Notes: generated from the letters alone by a model not told the origin. DNA of 64,000 bases from an uncultured Clostridia bacterium (GCA_934130595.1 CAKOYF010000001.1:1966-65965); one strand, 5' to 3'; shown: positions 19,847-29,825, counted from the stretch's first letter. A program made the numbers and translations.

Positions 19847-21001
19847 TCAATCCCTATACAAAATATTTAATAAATTTGCTAAGCACCTAGTAGCAAGTTT
19901 TGCTTCATCTAAAGTATTTCCAGATGCTCCAACTTCTACTAAAAACGAATTTTCTTTTATATCCTGATTATATATTGAATTTCTAATAATCATCGGCCTA
20001 AATAATCCTGGATAAATTTTATTTGCTAAAATTTGTATTTCTAATGCAAGCTTTAAATTCTGTTCATAGTATGGATTATATCCATCTGAATATCCAATCC
20101 CCATAACCAACATTAAAGATGCTACATTATATCCACTAAGCTCTGCTTTGGGTGCAAAATCTAAATCTTCTATTGCATCTCTATGTACATCTATACTAAT
20201 AGCAACCTCTGGATTTTGCAAAACTATACTTTCAAAAGTTCTTCTTGAATTTGTATAAGCACTATTATATTCACCATAATCATGTGGTGTCAAGCTACAT
20301 ATTGTATTTATACCTTTTTTATTTAAATTAGACGCAAAAATACTTGCTACTGAAAGCATATTATATTGCCCATCAGTAGTACGCCTAGGACTTGTATACT
20401 CAAAGCTATACATTTGACTATTAGCATACGACTCAGATGTATGCGTTGTATACATGAAAACAGTATCACTTTTTCTTAAAAATTCCTTGTTTTCACTATT
20501 TAATATTTTTGCAAAATCTATATTTCTATTTGTAGAATAATTAGTTATATCTACACCACATACTTTTAATTTTTGATAGTTATTTGTTTCTGCTACCACC
20601 TGAATATCTTTTGAATCTATAGTATTAAAAACTGTAGTGTCACTACAATTGCTTGCAATCATGTCCATTGCAATCTCTTCTTGTGTGCTATCATCTTCTT
20701 TGGGACTATTTTCTTCTTTTTGAGTAAACACATAATTTTTAGTATCTGCCATAGCATTTAATGCAATTATATTTTCTTTTGAAATTTCAATATTTTCTAT
20801 TTTAGATATATTGCTAGTAAAACACAATAACTCATTACAGTTTATTACCATTAAACATGCAACAAATAATATTAATACTATTTCATACTTTTTAATACTT
20901 ATACTATCTTTACTATTTATGTAGCTATACTTATCTACATACTTGTTTATTTTTTTTTCTTTTCTTCTTTTTAGCTTAAAAAAAGCAACCGTAAATTTCA
21001 T
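19847..21001 (-). CDS. spoIIP: stage II sporulation protein P
   Basis: N-terminal anchor, the YTTHTSESY and IDVHRDA motifs characteristic of the SpoIIP amidase family. Confidence 0.85.
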   Translation of the reverse strand: MKFTVAFFKLKRRKEKKINKYVDKYSYINSKDSISIKKYEIVLILFVACLMVINCNELLCFTSNISKIENIEISKENIIALNAMADTKNYVFTQKEENSPKEDDSTQEEIAMDMIASNCSDTTVFNTIDSKDIQVVAETNNYQKLKVCGVDITNYSTNRNIDFAKILNSENKEFLRKSDTVFMYTTHTSESYANSQMYSFEYTSPRRTTDGQYNMLSVASIFASNLNKKGINTICSLTPHDYGEYNSAYTNSRRTFESIVLQNPEVAISIDVHRDAIEDLDFAPKAELSGYNVASLMLVMGIGYSDGYNPYYEQNLKLALEIQILANKIYPGLFRPMIIRNSIYNQDIKENSFLVEVGASGNTLDEAKLATRCLANLLNILYRD

Positions 21002-21051
21002 AAAACATATCTCCTATGTTCTATTCTATTACGGTTACTTAAATATAATTA

Positions 21052-21471
21052 CTAATCTAATAAATTATTAATTTCTTGACTATATTTATCTAATAGCCCT
21101 ACTGTTTTCTCTTTTAAATCTATAACTTCTCTTTTCATATCTAAAAGTTTTTCTTTTTCCATTTCAATTAAATGTTCTATTCTATCTTTTTCTTGAATAG
21201 CTTCACTTCTTGAATTTTCTATAATCTTTTTAGCCTGATCTTCCGCAGTTATTAGAGCACTAGCAACTTTTTCTTGTTTTGCGATATAGTCTGTTTCATA
21301 TTTTTCTAGTTTTCTTTTAACTAAAGAAAGCTCATTTGCTACTCTATTAGCATCTGAACGTTCAGCTTGTAATTTACTCTCATAGTCTGCCTTTAAAGCT
21401 TTAACATATTCTTCTACTTCTTTTTTATCATAACCGAACATTTCAGTTCCAAACTTCTTCTCGTTTTCCAT
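21052..21471 (-). CDS. DivIVA-domain coiled-coil protein
   Basis: FGYDKKEVEEYV DivIVA N-terminal motif followed by coiled coil. ATG at 21471 is preceded by GGGGG; the track start at 21582 lacks an RBS. Confidence 0.7.
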   Translation of the reverse strand: MENEKKFGTEMFGYDKKEVEEYVKALKADYESKLQAERSDANRVANELSLVKRKLEKYETDYIAKQEKVASALITAEDQAKKIIENSRSEAIQEKDRIEHLIEMEKEKLLDMKREVIDLKEKTVGLLDKYSQEINNLLD

Positions 21472-21605
21472 ATTACTACCCCCAAAGCTCCAATATATAG
21501 AAACATTATACCAAATTATTTTTTTGTTTTCAATATTTTTTAAAAAATATAAATAAAAATTATATTTAAAATTTTTTTGCAAATATTATTACTGGTGATT
21601 AATTT

Positions 21606-22064
21606 ATGAATACAAATTTAAATATATCAAACAGTGAATATAATGATTTAATTTCTCAAAAAGCACAAAAAAGTCCAATATTAAAGAATATTTTCTTTGC
21701 ATTTATAATTGGTGGACTTATTTGTTCACTTGGACAATTTATCTTTGATACTTCAATAAATATGGGTATTAGCAAAGATGACGCATCAACTGTAACAAGT
21801 ATATGCCTAATTTTACTTGGAGCATTTTTAACTGCTGTTAACCTTTATTCAAGACTTGGTAAAATAGCAGGCGCTGGTTCAACTATTCCAATTACAGGAT
21901 TTTCTAATTCTATTGTTGCACCTGCTATAGAGTTTAAAAGTGAAGGTTATATTTTAGGAATAGGAGCAAATATGTTTAAAGTTGCAGGTCCTGTTCTAGT
22001 TTATGGTACAACAACTGCTGTTATACTTGGATTTATATATTACATATTTAATTATATTTTTTAG
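21606..22064 (+). CDS. spoVAC: stage V sporulation protein AC
   Basis: Membrane protein with the conserved IIGGLICSLGQ segment. First gene of a spoVAC-AD-AE tricistron. Confidence 0.9.
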   Translation: MNTNLNISNSEYNDLISQKAQKSPILKNIFFAFIIGGLICSLGQFIFDTSINMGISKDDASTVTSICLILLGAFLTAVNLYSRLGKIAGAGSTIPITGFSNSIVAPAIEFKSEGYILGIGANMFKVAGPVLVYGTTTAVILGFIYYIFNYIF

Positions 22065-22073
22065 GAGGTTTTT

Positions 22074-23090
22074 ATGAAAGTAGGAAATCAAACATTTAAA
22101 ATAGAATCTAAGCCTTGTATTTTTGCAACATCTAGTATCGTTGGTCCAAAAGAAATGCAAGGACCATATGCTAACTTTTTTGATTTACATGTTAAAGATG
22201 TTTTTTTTGACGAAAAGACCTTTGAAAAAGCAGAAAGTAAAATGTTAGAAAGCTGTATAAATAATCTTTTTGTAAAAGCTGGTATTACTGAACATGATAT
22301 TGATGTTATATTTTCTGGAGATCTTTTAAACCAATGTATATCTTCTGGATTTGCCATTAGATCTTTTGATACTCCATTTTTAGGATTATATGGTGCGTGC
22401 TCTACTTTTTGTGAAGGATTACTTTTATCTTCACTTCTTCATGAAACAAATTGTGTAAGCCAAGTAGTCGCCTCTGCTTCTTCACATTTTTGTAGTGCTG
22501 AAAGACAATTTAGGCTTCCACTAGAACACGGAAATCAAAAAAGTACTACTGCGCAAGCAACAGTTACTGCTAGTGGTGCTGCACTAGTAACTAAACGCTC
22601 TATAGCAGATAATGGCATTCATATAACTTATGTTACTCCCGGAAAAATTATAGACTTAGGAGTAAAAGATGCAGCAAATATGGGAGCAGCTATGGCACCT
22701 GCTGCTTTTAGCACAATAAGTAACCACTTAACAGATACTGGTAGAGATATAGACTATTATGATGCAATAATAACTGGTGACTTAGGAACACATGGTAGTG
22801 ATATGCTAGTAGAATTGTTTAAAAAAGAAGGAATTGATATTTCTAAAAAACATAAGGATTGCGGTGTATTAATTTATGATGAAAATAAGCAAGATGTAAA
22901 TTGTGGTGGCAGTGGATGTGGCTGTATTGCCAGTATGTTTTCTTCATATTTCTTTAATGAATTAAAGGCAAAAAATTTAAACAAAATACTACTAGTAGCA
23001 ACTGGTGCTCTTATGAGTCCTTTATCTTCTTCTCAGGGAGAATCTATTCCAGGTATTGCACATGCAATTGCTATAGAAAACGAGGTGTAG
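22074..23090 (+). CDS. spoVAD: stage V sporulation protein AD
   Basis: Thiolase-like fold sequence (GLYGACST) of typical size and position. Confidence 0.9.
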   Translation: MKVGNQTFKIESKPCIFATSSIVGPKEMQGPYANFFDLHVKDVFFDEKTFEKAESKMLESCINNLFVKAGITEHDIDVIFSGDLLNQCISSGFAIRSFDTPFLGLYGACSTFCEGLLLSSLLHETNCVSQVVASASSHFCSAERQFRLPLEHGNQKSTTAQATVTASGAALVTKRSIADNGIHITYVTPGKIIDLGVKDAANMGAAMAPAAFSTISNHLTDTGRDIDYYDAIITGDLGTHGSDMLVELFKKEGIDISKKHKDCGVLIYDENKQDVNCGGSGCGCIASMFSSYFFNELKAKNLNKILLVATGALMSPLSSSQGESIPGIAHAIAIENEV

Positions 23091-23095
23091 AAAAA

Positions 23096-23461
23096 ATGGA
23101 TATTTTTATTGAATATGGAAAAGTATTTTTAACTGGTGGATTAATATGTACACTAGGTCAAATATTAATAGACAAAACAAAAATAACTCCTGCTAGAATT
23201 CTTACTCTTTTTGTAACACTAGGAGTAATACTAGGTTTTTTAGGTCTATATGAACCTATATTTAACTTTGGTAAATGCGGTGCAACTGTACCTATATCTG
23301 GATTTGGTTATTCATTATATAAAGGAACTGTTAAAGGAATAGCTGAACATGGTTTTATTGGGATTTTTACTGGAGGAATTTCAGCTACAGCAGGAGGAAT
23401 AGCTGCAGCTATAGTATTTGGCTTCCTTGCCTCTTTATTTGCTAAGCCAACAATAAAATAA
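23096..23461 (+). CDS. spoVAE: stage V sporulation protein AE (AEb type)
   Basis: SpoVAC-like membrane paralogue (GGLICTLGQILID) directly after spoVAD. Confidence 0.88.
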   Translation: MDIFIEYGKVFLTGGLICTLGQILIDKTKITPARILTLFVTLGVILGFLGLYEPIFNFGKCGATVPISGFGYSLYKGTVKGIAEHGFIGIFTGGISATAGGIAAAIVFGFLASLFAKPTIK

Positions 23462-23537
23462 AAAACATTTCAAATAAGTGTATAAAACTAATGAAATATT
23501 CAAATACTATATGTAGTGATTTAAAAGGAGGTTATTT

Positions 23538-23720
23538 ATGAATAGTTTAAATCAAATAGAAATCCAAAATATCAGACACATTTGTGGTCATGCAACAGAG
23601 TTTTGTACCAAAATAAATTATTATAAGACTCTAACTTCAGATTCAAATGTTACAACTGTACTTGATGATATATGTACAGAATGTACAAATTTAAAATCTG
23701 AATTGTGTAATATGTTGTGA
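23538..23720 (+). CDS. small Cys-rich protein, possibly a spore-coat partner of the next gene
   Basis: 60 aa. AGGAGG RBS. 11-nt gap to a Coat-F-like gene. The pairing resembles the small YraE/YraD-type coat gene pairs of Bacillus. Confidence 0.45.
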   Translation: MNSLNQIEIQNIRHICGHATEFCTKINYYKTLTSDSNVTTVLDDICTECTNLKSELCNML

Positions 23721-23731
23721 GGTGAATAAAA

Positions 23732-23977
23732 ATGACAGAGAAAACTGGTATAAGTGATGTACTATCTACTTTAAATAGTATTATAACAATGCTAGACTAT
23801 AGCATTCAACAATCAAATGATAAAAATTTTAGAGATACTTTAATAACTTCTAGAAATTCACTAGAAAACTATCAATGGCAAATATATTTAATTGCTAAAG
23901 AAAAAGGATATTATGTACCCGCTGCTCCAGCAGGGCAAGCAGATATCGAGCAAGTAAAAAATGCCATAGGATGTTAA
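23732..23977 (+). CDS. Coat F-like spore coat protein
   Basis: Pattern DVLSTLNS...Y..IQQSND.NFRDTL...R......Q.QIY...KEKGYY resembles the CotF/YraD family. Confidence 0.55.
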   Translation: MTEKTGISDVLSTLNSIITMLDYSIQQSNDKNFRDTLITSRNSLENYQWQIYLIAKEKGYYVPAAPAGQADIEQVKNAIGC

Positions 23978-24021
23978 AAAAAAGCTTACCTTTAATTTTA
24001 ATTAAGGGTAAGCATTTTTTT
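23976..24021. terminator. bidirectional terminator between convergent genes
   Basis: 12-bp stem (23984-23995 / 24002-24013) with an A-run before and a T-run after. Confidence 0.75.
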
Positions 24022-24022
24022 G

Positions 24023-24481
24023 TTATAAAGAAGGTTCACTTCTTTCAATTTTTTGTTTAACTTCTGGTTCTGTTTGAACCTCTTTTTCAGCAAGCTCAAT
24101 TTTTTCTTTACTTGGCTCAGATTTCTCTTTTGACATATTCTTGCTATCAAGTATAGGATTTAATTGATATTTAATGAAAAAGTCTAAGTACATATCTGTT
24201 GCTTCTTTTTTAGTTTTCTTTTTCTTCTTTTTTAAACTATCAGTAGTTGATACAACATAGAAATCTCCATTTTCATAAAGTAATTGTTCTTTACCATCTG
24301 TAAAAACAATATAATTGTCTTTAGGTAATTCTATTTCATCAATTTTATTTAAGAAATCAACTGTTACACTTGCTTCTTCTTTTAAAGCTTCTTTTTGTTT
24401 TGCAGAAAGCTTTTCATCCATAGACTTTAAAACTTCTTTTCTAAAGCTTTCTTCTAAAAAATCCTTTTCATCTTCTCTCAT
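24023..24481 (-). CDS. hypothetical Lys/Glu-rich protein
   Basis: Long ORF immediately downstream of mrnC. No recognisable motif. Internal KKKKKKTKK run. Confidence 0.55.
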   Translation of the reverse strand: MREDEKDFLEESFRKEVLKSMDEKLSAKQKEALKEEASVTVDFLNKIDEIELPKDNYIVFTDGKEQLLYENGDFYVVSTTDSLKKKKKKTKKEATDMYLDFFIKYQLNPILDSKNMSKEKSEPSKEKIELAEKEVQTEPEVKQKIERSEPSL

Positions 24482-24492
24482 AACTATTCCTC

Positions 24493-24888
24493 CTATTTAA
24501 AAAAGTTAATGCATTCTTTTACTATTTTATCTAGTCTTTCATTATTTTTAGTAACATATAAATATCCTATCAAGCATTCAAATCCTGTTGCCTTTTTATA
24601 TTCTATAACGTCAACATGTTTTGATACAGTTGCTATATTTGTATTTCTTCCTCTTTTATATACTGCTATTTCTTCTTCTGTTAGTGATTCCATTAAGTAA
24701 TCAATTAACTGAGCTTGTCCTTTAGCACTAACATATTTTATAGATAATCTATGTAATGCACCAGTCTTAGCCGTAGAAACACTTGCTAAATATGTTCTTA
24801 TATACACATTATACACAGCATCTCCTATGAATGCTAAAGTCTGTGCTGGAATAGTTTGAACATCTATATTTTTTATATATTCATCCAT
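24493..24888 (-). CDS. mrnC: mini-ribonuclease III
   Basis: LAFIGDAVYNVYIR signature and a size of about 130 aa. Confidence 0.9.
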   Translation of the reverse strand: MDEYIKNIDVQTIPAQTLAFIGDAVYNVYIRTYLASVSTAKTGALHRLSIKYVSAKGQAQLIDYLMESLTEEEIAVYKRGRNTNIATVSKHVDVIEYKKATGFECLIGYLYVTKNNERLDKIVKECINFFK

Positions 24889-25034
24889 AATATTCTCCTG
24901 TTTATATACATAATATTATATATTAAAATTCGTTTATTTGCAAGTATTATGATTATATCTAGGCAATTAACTTTAGTATAAATTGACTTTATAAAAAATA
25001 TATAATATAATACATCTCAAAGAGGTGTTTAAAA

Positions 25035-25481
25035 ATGAATAAAAATATAGAGCAAAAACCAAAGAAAAATCTCACTATAAAAATAGTTTCAGCATTTTTG
25101 ATATTGCTTGCTTTTTTATATGTATTTATAATAATTAACACAAAAAATTATTCTCTTGTTTCAGGAGTAATTGGAATAGTATTACTAATACTTACAATGA
25201 ATATCGCAAATGTAATAAAAATTAATAAAGAGAAAGTAAAATTATTTTCAATAATATCAATAGTACTTTGTATAATATCTATTCCACTAGTATTTAAACA
25301 AATTATATTTTCATATGTACTAGTAGTACCAGCATTCATCTTTTCAAAAAGAGCTATGCAAAAAGATAGTAGACAAGTACTTACAAAAATATCATTTTTC
25401 TTATCTGCCTTAATGTTAGTATTCTACTTAGCATTTTCAATTATTGGCGGAATTTCAAATGTAATAACTATATCTAAATAA
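25035..25481 (+). CDS. hypothetical integral membrane protein
   Basis: Four hydrophobic segments. RBS AGAGGTG. Confidence 0.6.
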   Translation: MNKNIEQKPKKNLTIKIVSAFLILLAFLYVFIIINTKNYSLVSGVIGIVLLILTMNIANVIKINKEKVKLFSIISIVLCIISIPLVFKQIIFSYVLVVPAFIFSKRAMQKDSRQVLTKISFFLSALMLVFYLAFSIIGGISNVITISK

Positions 25482-25483
25482 AA

Positions 25484-25513
25484 CAAGAAGGGACCTTATA
25501 AGTCCCTTTTTTT
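25484..25513. terminator. bidirectional terminator between the membrane-protein gene and groEL
   Basis: Stem aagggac/gtccctt (25488-25494 / 25502-25508) with flanking A and T runs. Confidence 0.65.
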
Positions 25514-27089
25514 ATTTATCATTATCTATATTGCATATTGCTGCATCTGTGGTAAGTATCATAGAAGAAATAGACACTGCATTTTCTAAAGCTGTTCTTG
25601 TTACTTTAGTTGGATCTATAATCCCCTCTTCTTTCATATTAACAAAAGTATTAGTATTAGCATTATATCCAATCTTATTATTTTCTTTAACCTTTTCTAC
25701 TATAATATCTCCATTTTGACCAGCATTTTCAGCTATATAATATAATGGTTTTTCTAGTGCTTTTAATACTATGTTTCCACCTATTCTTTCTTCTTCTCTT
25801 AAACTATTTACAAATCCTTTTACTTCATTTTGTACTATCATATATGCTGTTCCACCGCCATCTACTATTCCTTCTTCAATAGCAGCTCTAGTAGCAGATA
25901 AAGCATCTTCAATTCTAAGTTTTTTCTCGTTTAATTCTGTTTGAGTTGCAGCCCCAACTTCAATAACCGCAACTCCTCCTAACAATCTAGCTAGTCTTTT
26001 TCTTAGTCTTTTAACTTCACTTTCTTGACTTTCAAGTAAAATATTATTTTTTATCTCTTCTATTTTTTCACTTATGTTTTCGTCTTTTCCTTTTCCTCTT
26101 AAAATAATTGTACTATCTTTAGTAACTTTTATGCTTTTTGCACTTCCTAAGTCTTCCAGCTTTACATCTTTTAAATCTACTTGTATCTCTTCATCTAAAA
26201 ACTTTCCACCTGTTGCTATTGCTATATCTTCTAGTATTTCTCTTCTTCCTTCTCCAAAACTTGGAGCCTTTATTGCTATAGAATTAAAGTTTCCTCTCAT
26301 CTTATTAACTATTAATGTAGCTAAAGCTTCACCTTCTATATCTTCAACAATAAAAACAAGCGGTCTATTAGTGCTTGATACTTTTTCTATTATAGGGAGT
26401 ATATCTTGAACATTAGTTATTTTTTTATTTGTAATTAATATGTATGGATTTTCAAGACTTTCTTCCATTTTCACATTATCTTCTACCATGTATGACGAAA
26501 TATATCCACTATCTATTCTTAATCCCTCAACTATATTTAGTTTTGTTTCACTAGTCTTAGATTCATCTACTGTAATTATTCCCTCTTTTCCAATCATATC
26601 TATTGCATTATATATTAAGTTTCCTATTGTTATATCTCCAGATGAAATAATTGCTACTTCTTTTATTTGCTCATTTGATTCAACACTTTTAGATATCTTT
26701 TTAATGATTTTCACAGATTCTTTTAAAGTCTTATTCATTCCATTTCTAATGTGAACAGGATTTGCTCCAGCTGTTATATTTTTCATTCCTTCTTTTACCA
26801 TACTATATGCAAGTACTGTAGCTGTAGTTGTTCCATCTCCTGCAATATCATTAGTTTTTAAGGCTACTTCTTTTAACAATTCAGCACCTAAGTTTTCAAC
26901 CTCATCTTCTAAAACAACTTCTTTTGCTATTGATACACCATCATTTATTATTACAGGAGATGAGTATTCACTTTTTAAAGCAACATTTTTTCCTTTTGGA
27001 CCAAGAGTTATATTTACAGCATTAGCTAGTTTTTCGACTCCTCTTAATATTGCCTCTTTAGCATCGTTTCCATATAATATTTTTTTCAT
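25512..27089 (-). CDS. groEL: chaperonin GroEL (divergent, no C-terminal GGM tail)
   Basis: TLGPKGKNV, AGDGTTTATVLA and the equatorial/apical pattern throughout. 525 aa ending ...AAICNIDNDK. Confidence 0.9.
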   Translation of the reverse strand: MKKILYGNDAKEAILRGVEKLANAVNITLGPKGKNVALKSEYSSPVIINDGVSIAKEVVLEDEVENLGAELLKEVALKTNDIAGDGTTTATVLAYSMVKEGMKNITAGANPVHIRNGMNKTLKESVKIIKKISKSVESNEQIKEVAIISSGDITIGNLIYNAIDMIGKEGIITVDESKTSETKLNIVEGLRIDSGYISSYMVEDNVKMEESLENPYILITNKKITNVQDILPIIEKVSSTNRPLVFIVEDIEGEALATLIVNKMRGNFNSIAIKAPSFGEGRREILEDIAIATGGKFLDEEIQVDLKDVKLEDLGSAKSIKVTKDSTIILRGKGKDENISEKIEEIKNNILLESQESEVKRLRKRLARLLGGVAVIEVGAATQTELNEKKLRIEDALSATRAAIEEGIVDGGGTAYMIVQNEVKGFVNSLREEERIGGNIVLKALEKPLYYIAENAGQNGDIIVEKVKENNKIGYNANTNTFVNMKEEGIIDPTKVTRTALENAVSISSMILTTDAAICNIDNDK

Positions 27090-27099
27090 AATTCCCCTC

Positions 27100-27351
27100 C
27101 TATATTATTGCAAGAACATCTTTTTCATCTAATACAAAGTATTCGTTACTCTCATATATTATTTTTCTAGCATTAATATCATTATATATAACTTTATCCC
27201 CAACTTTAACATCCTTTACTTCATTACCAATACTTATGACATTACCAATTAAATTTAATGAATTAGTACTTTTAATTATTATGCCATTTTTTTCATATTC
27301 ATTTTTATCACTTGACTCTAATATTATGTTTCTTCCTATGCTTTTTAACAT
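27100..27351 (-). CDS. groES: co-chaperonin GroES-like (short, 83 aa)
   Basis: Aligns by eye to GroES: LKSIGRNIILE, VKVGDKVIY, EYFVLDEKDVLAII. Lies 10 nt upstream of groEL. Confidence 0.75.
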   Translation of the reverse strand: MLKSIGRNIILESSDKNEYEKNGIIIKSTNSLNLIGNVISIGNEVKDVKVGDKVIYNDINARKIIYESNEYFVLDEKDVLAII

Positions 27352-27499
27352 ATTTTATCCCTCCTAATAATATATATTCAGAAAGAATAATTTTTATACA
27401 TAAAAAATAAGAAGTTTGTTATTTTTAAATATTATGTTATTATTCACGCAATACCTATTATAATTAATATTAATCAGTATATTACCATTCATTTCCCAC

Positions 27500-27530
27500 A
27501 AAAAAATAACACCTACATAAAGTAAGTGTT
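27500..27530 (-). terminator. Rho-independent terminator after the scpA/small-ORF unit
   Basis: Stem aacacctac/gtaagtgtt (27508-27516 / 27522-27530) with a U7 tract on the minus strand (27500-27506). Confidence 0.7.
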
Positions 27531-27540
27531 ACAATGTATT

Positions 27541-27714
27541 CTATTTATTTTTCTCTCTATTTTCTTTTAAAAACTCTGGAATATTTGGATATACCTCTTC
27601 CTTTTTTAATTCTATATCTTTCGTTTCTTCATTTATTATTTTTATCCAATTTTTGGTATATTTTTCAATATTATCCCATCCTGTATCATCAAATCCTTTA
27701 AATTTTTCTTCCAT
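27541..27714 (-). CDS. candidate small acidic protein (57 aa)
   Basis: Own translation MEEKFKGFDDTGWDNIEKYTKNWIKIINEETKDIELKKEEVYPNIPEFLKENREKNK. GAGG lies 8 nt upstream. Sits between scpA and a terminator. Confidence 0.35.
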   Translation of the reverse strand: MEEKFKGFDDTGWDNIEKYTKNWIKIINEETKDIELKKEEVYPNIPEFLKENREKNK

Positions 27715-27744
27715 AATTCTGCCTCAAAACATCAAATATTTTTC

Positions 27745-28533
27745 CTAATAATTTAGAGTTGTTGTATCTATATTTATATCGCAATCATTTTTCTTTATAA
27801 CATTGATATCTGAAAACAAGTATTTTTGCTCTATATCAACTTGTTTCATTCTTCCAAGTTCTAGCACTCCTAAAAATGCTGTAACTATTTCTACATTATC
27901 ACAAGATGAATTAAAGACATTATTAAATACCATGTTATTATTTTTATTTAAATATCCAACGATTTGTTTTACTTTATCTTGTACTGTGTATTTTTCATAC
28001 ACAGCAATTTTTTCAATTTCTTTTGCTTTTCTATTTATCTTATTTTCATTTCTATATAATATATCTGAATAAGTATTAAATATATCTCTTGGTGAAAATT
28101 TTTCTCCTGTATATTCAATTTTCTTTTTAAATTTTATTTTCTCAAAAGACTTAACAAAAGATCCAAAGTTTTCTTTATACATTTCATATATTTTTTCTGA
28201 TGCTTGCTTATATATTTTATATTGTGATAGTCTACGTAATAGTTCTTCTTCTGAAATTTGCTCTTCTTCTTCGTTTTCTTCTAATTCAGGTAACAATTTA
28301 CGTGCTTTAATATCTAGTAATGTAGCTGCCATTACTACAAATTCTGAAGCCACCTCAATATTTTTTTCATTCATTTCTTGAAGATAAGCTACATATTCAT
28401 CTGTTAGCTCACTTAAAGAAATTTCAAAAATATTCTTTTTATTTTTTGAAATCAAATATAACAATAAATCTAGAGGTCCTTCAAAATTTTTTATATTAAA
28501 TTTGAAATCTTCTATTTTTTCTATACTTGCCAT
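27745..28533 (-). CDS. scpA: segregation and condensation protein A
   Basis: FEGPLDLLLYLI kleisin N-terminal motif. Typical size. Confidence 0.85.
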   Translation of the reverse strand: MASIEKIEDFKFNIKNFEGPLDLLLYLISKNKKNIFEISLSELTDEYVAYLQEMNEKNIEVASEFVVMAATLLDIKARKLLPELEENEEEEQISEEELLRRLSQYKIYKQASEKIYEMYKENFGSFVKSFEKIKFKKKIEYTGEKFSPRDIFNTYSDILYRNENKINRKAKEIEKIAVYEKYTVQDKVKQIVGYLNKNNNMVFNNVFNSSCDNVEIVTAFLGVLELGRMKQVDIEQKYLFSDINVIKKNDCDINIDTTTLNY

Positions 28534-28534
28534 T

Positions 28535-29284
28535 TTATTTTCTTTCCTTTTCTAATTCTACTGCAATGTCTAAAGCAAGCTCAATCATTTGATTTAATCC
28601 TGTTTGTCTTTGCTCAGCTGGTACAGATATTCCTCTTAGTAGTTTATCTGTAACTGTAAATAGTGCAAGAGCGTTTTTATTTGCAACTATAGCATTTGTA
28701 TATAATGCAAGTGTTTCCATTTCTACACCCATTGCTCCTTGTTTTGACATTTTTTCTAGTAATCTATGCTCCATATAAAATGTATCAGAAGTATAAACAG
28801 TACCTATCTTTATATTATTCATATCTTTGCTTTTTTCTTTTGCTATATCTAATAAGTGCTCCGATGCAACAGGATATACATCATATTCGTTAGCTTCAAT
28901 ATAGTTTGAATCTGTAAGGACATCTGTTGCTATTACTATATCTCCTAGTTCGACAGATTTACATTCTTCACTTGCATTATCATTATCTAAAGATCCAGCA
29001 CTTCCTATTCTAATAATATTATCTACATCATATCCTTCAAATAATTCCTTAGAATATATTCCCATAGAAGGTACACCCATACCACTACCTTGTACTGATA
29101 TTGTAACTCCTTTATATTTTCCAGTATATCCTAGCATTCCTCTAACATCGTTATATAATTTAGCATCTTCTAAAAAATTTTCTGCTATATATTTTGCTCT
29201 TAAAGGATCACCTGGCATTAAAACTGTTTTTGCTATTTCTCCCATTTTTGCATTATTATGTGGTGTTGGCACGTTTATTTTCAT
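28535..29284 (-). CDS. deoD: purine nucleoside phosphorylase, DeoD type
   Basis: VLMPGDPLRAKYIAENFLED and GMGVPSMGIYSKEL. ATG at 29284 behind GGAGGAG; the track start at 29299 is a TTG inside the RBS. Confidence 0.9.
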   Translation of the reverse strand: MKINVPTPHNNAKMGEIAKTVLMPGDPLRAKYIAENFLEDAKLYNDVRGMLGYTGKYKGVTISVQGSGMGVPSMGIYSKELFEGYDVDNIIRIGSAGSLDNDNASEECKSVELGDIVIATDVLTDSNYIEANEYDVYPVASEHLLDIAKEKSKDMNNIKIGTVYTSDTFYMEHRLLEKMSKQGAMGVEMETLALYTNAIVANKNALALFTVTDKLLRGISVPAEQRQTGLNQMIELALDIAVELEKERK

Positions 29285-29354
29285 CTCTATCTCCTCCAAA
29301 ATATATTTAGATTATATACTTTATCTTATTTTTTTGCAAGGAAAAACATATATA

Positions 29355-29765
29355 TTAATAATTAGATGCTCTAAAGCCTCTTCTATATAGATATGCTTTT
29401 TGTTTTAGGGGTTCCATATTTTTAAGTTTTCCTTTTAAAAGCTTATCTATTAATTTATTTTCATAATCACAATTATCTAGTTCTTCTAATTTTTCAGATA
29501 ATATTTCTTTGTTTATTCCCTTTTGAATAAGTTTCATTCTTATTTCATATTTTGAATACTTAGGAATATTTATACACTGTCTAATGTATGCTTCAACGTA
29601 CTTTTCATCATTAATATATCCTATACTTTTTAAGTATTCTGTTACTTGAACTATTATATCTTCTTCTACATTTAGTTTTCTTAATTTATTTTTTACTTCT
29701 TCTTCTGTTCTTAATGCTAATACTAAATATCTTACAGCTTTTTCTTTGGCTGTTTCATAATCCAT
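29355..29765 (-). CDS. recX: recombination regulator RecX (short form)
   Basis: Directly downstream of recA. RecX-type helical repeats (KAVRYL..R.....EV..KL, GYINDEKYVEAYIR). Confidence 0.8.
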   Translation of the reverse strand: MDYETAKEKAVRYLVLALRTEEEVKNKLRKLNVEEDIIVQVTEYLKSIGYINDEKYVEAYIRQCINIPKYSKYEIRMKLIQKGINKEILSEKLEELDNCDYENKLIDKLLKGKLKNMEPLKQKAYLYRRGFRASNY

Positions 29766-29783
29766 TTTTATTCTCCTTCTTTA

Positions 29784-29811
29784 GAAAAAAGACGCATTTT
29801 GTGCGTCTTTT
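29784..29811 (-). terminator. terminator/attenuator hairpin between recA and recX
   Basis: Stem aaaagacgca/tgcgtctttt with a U-run on the minus strand. Located in the 60-nt recA-recX spacer. Confidence 0.7.
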
Positions 29812-29825
29812 TTATTAATCTATTA

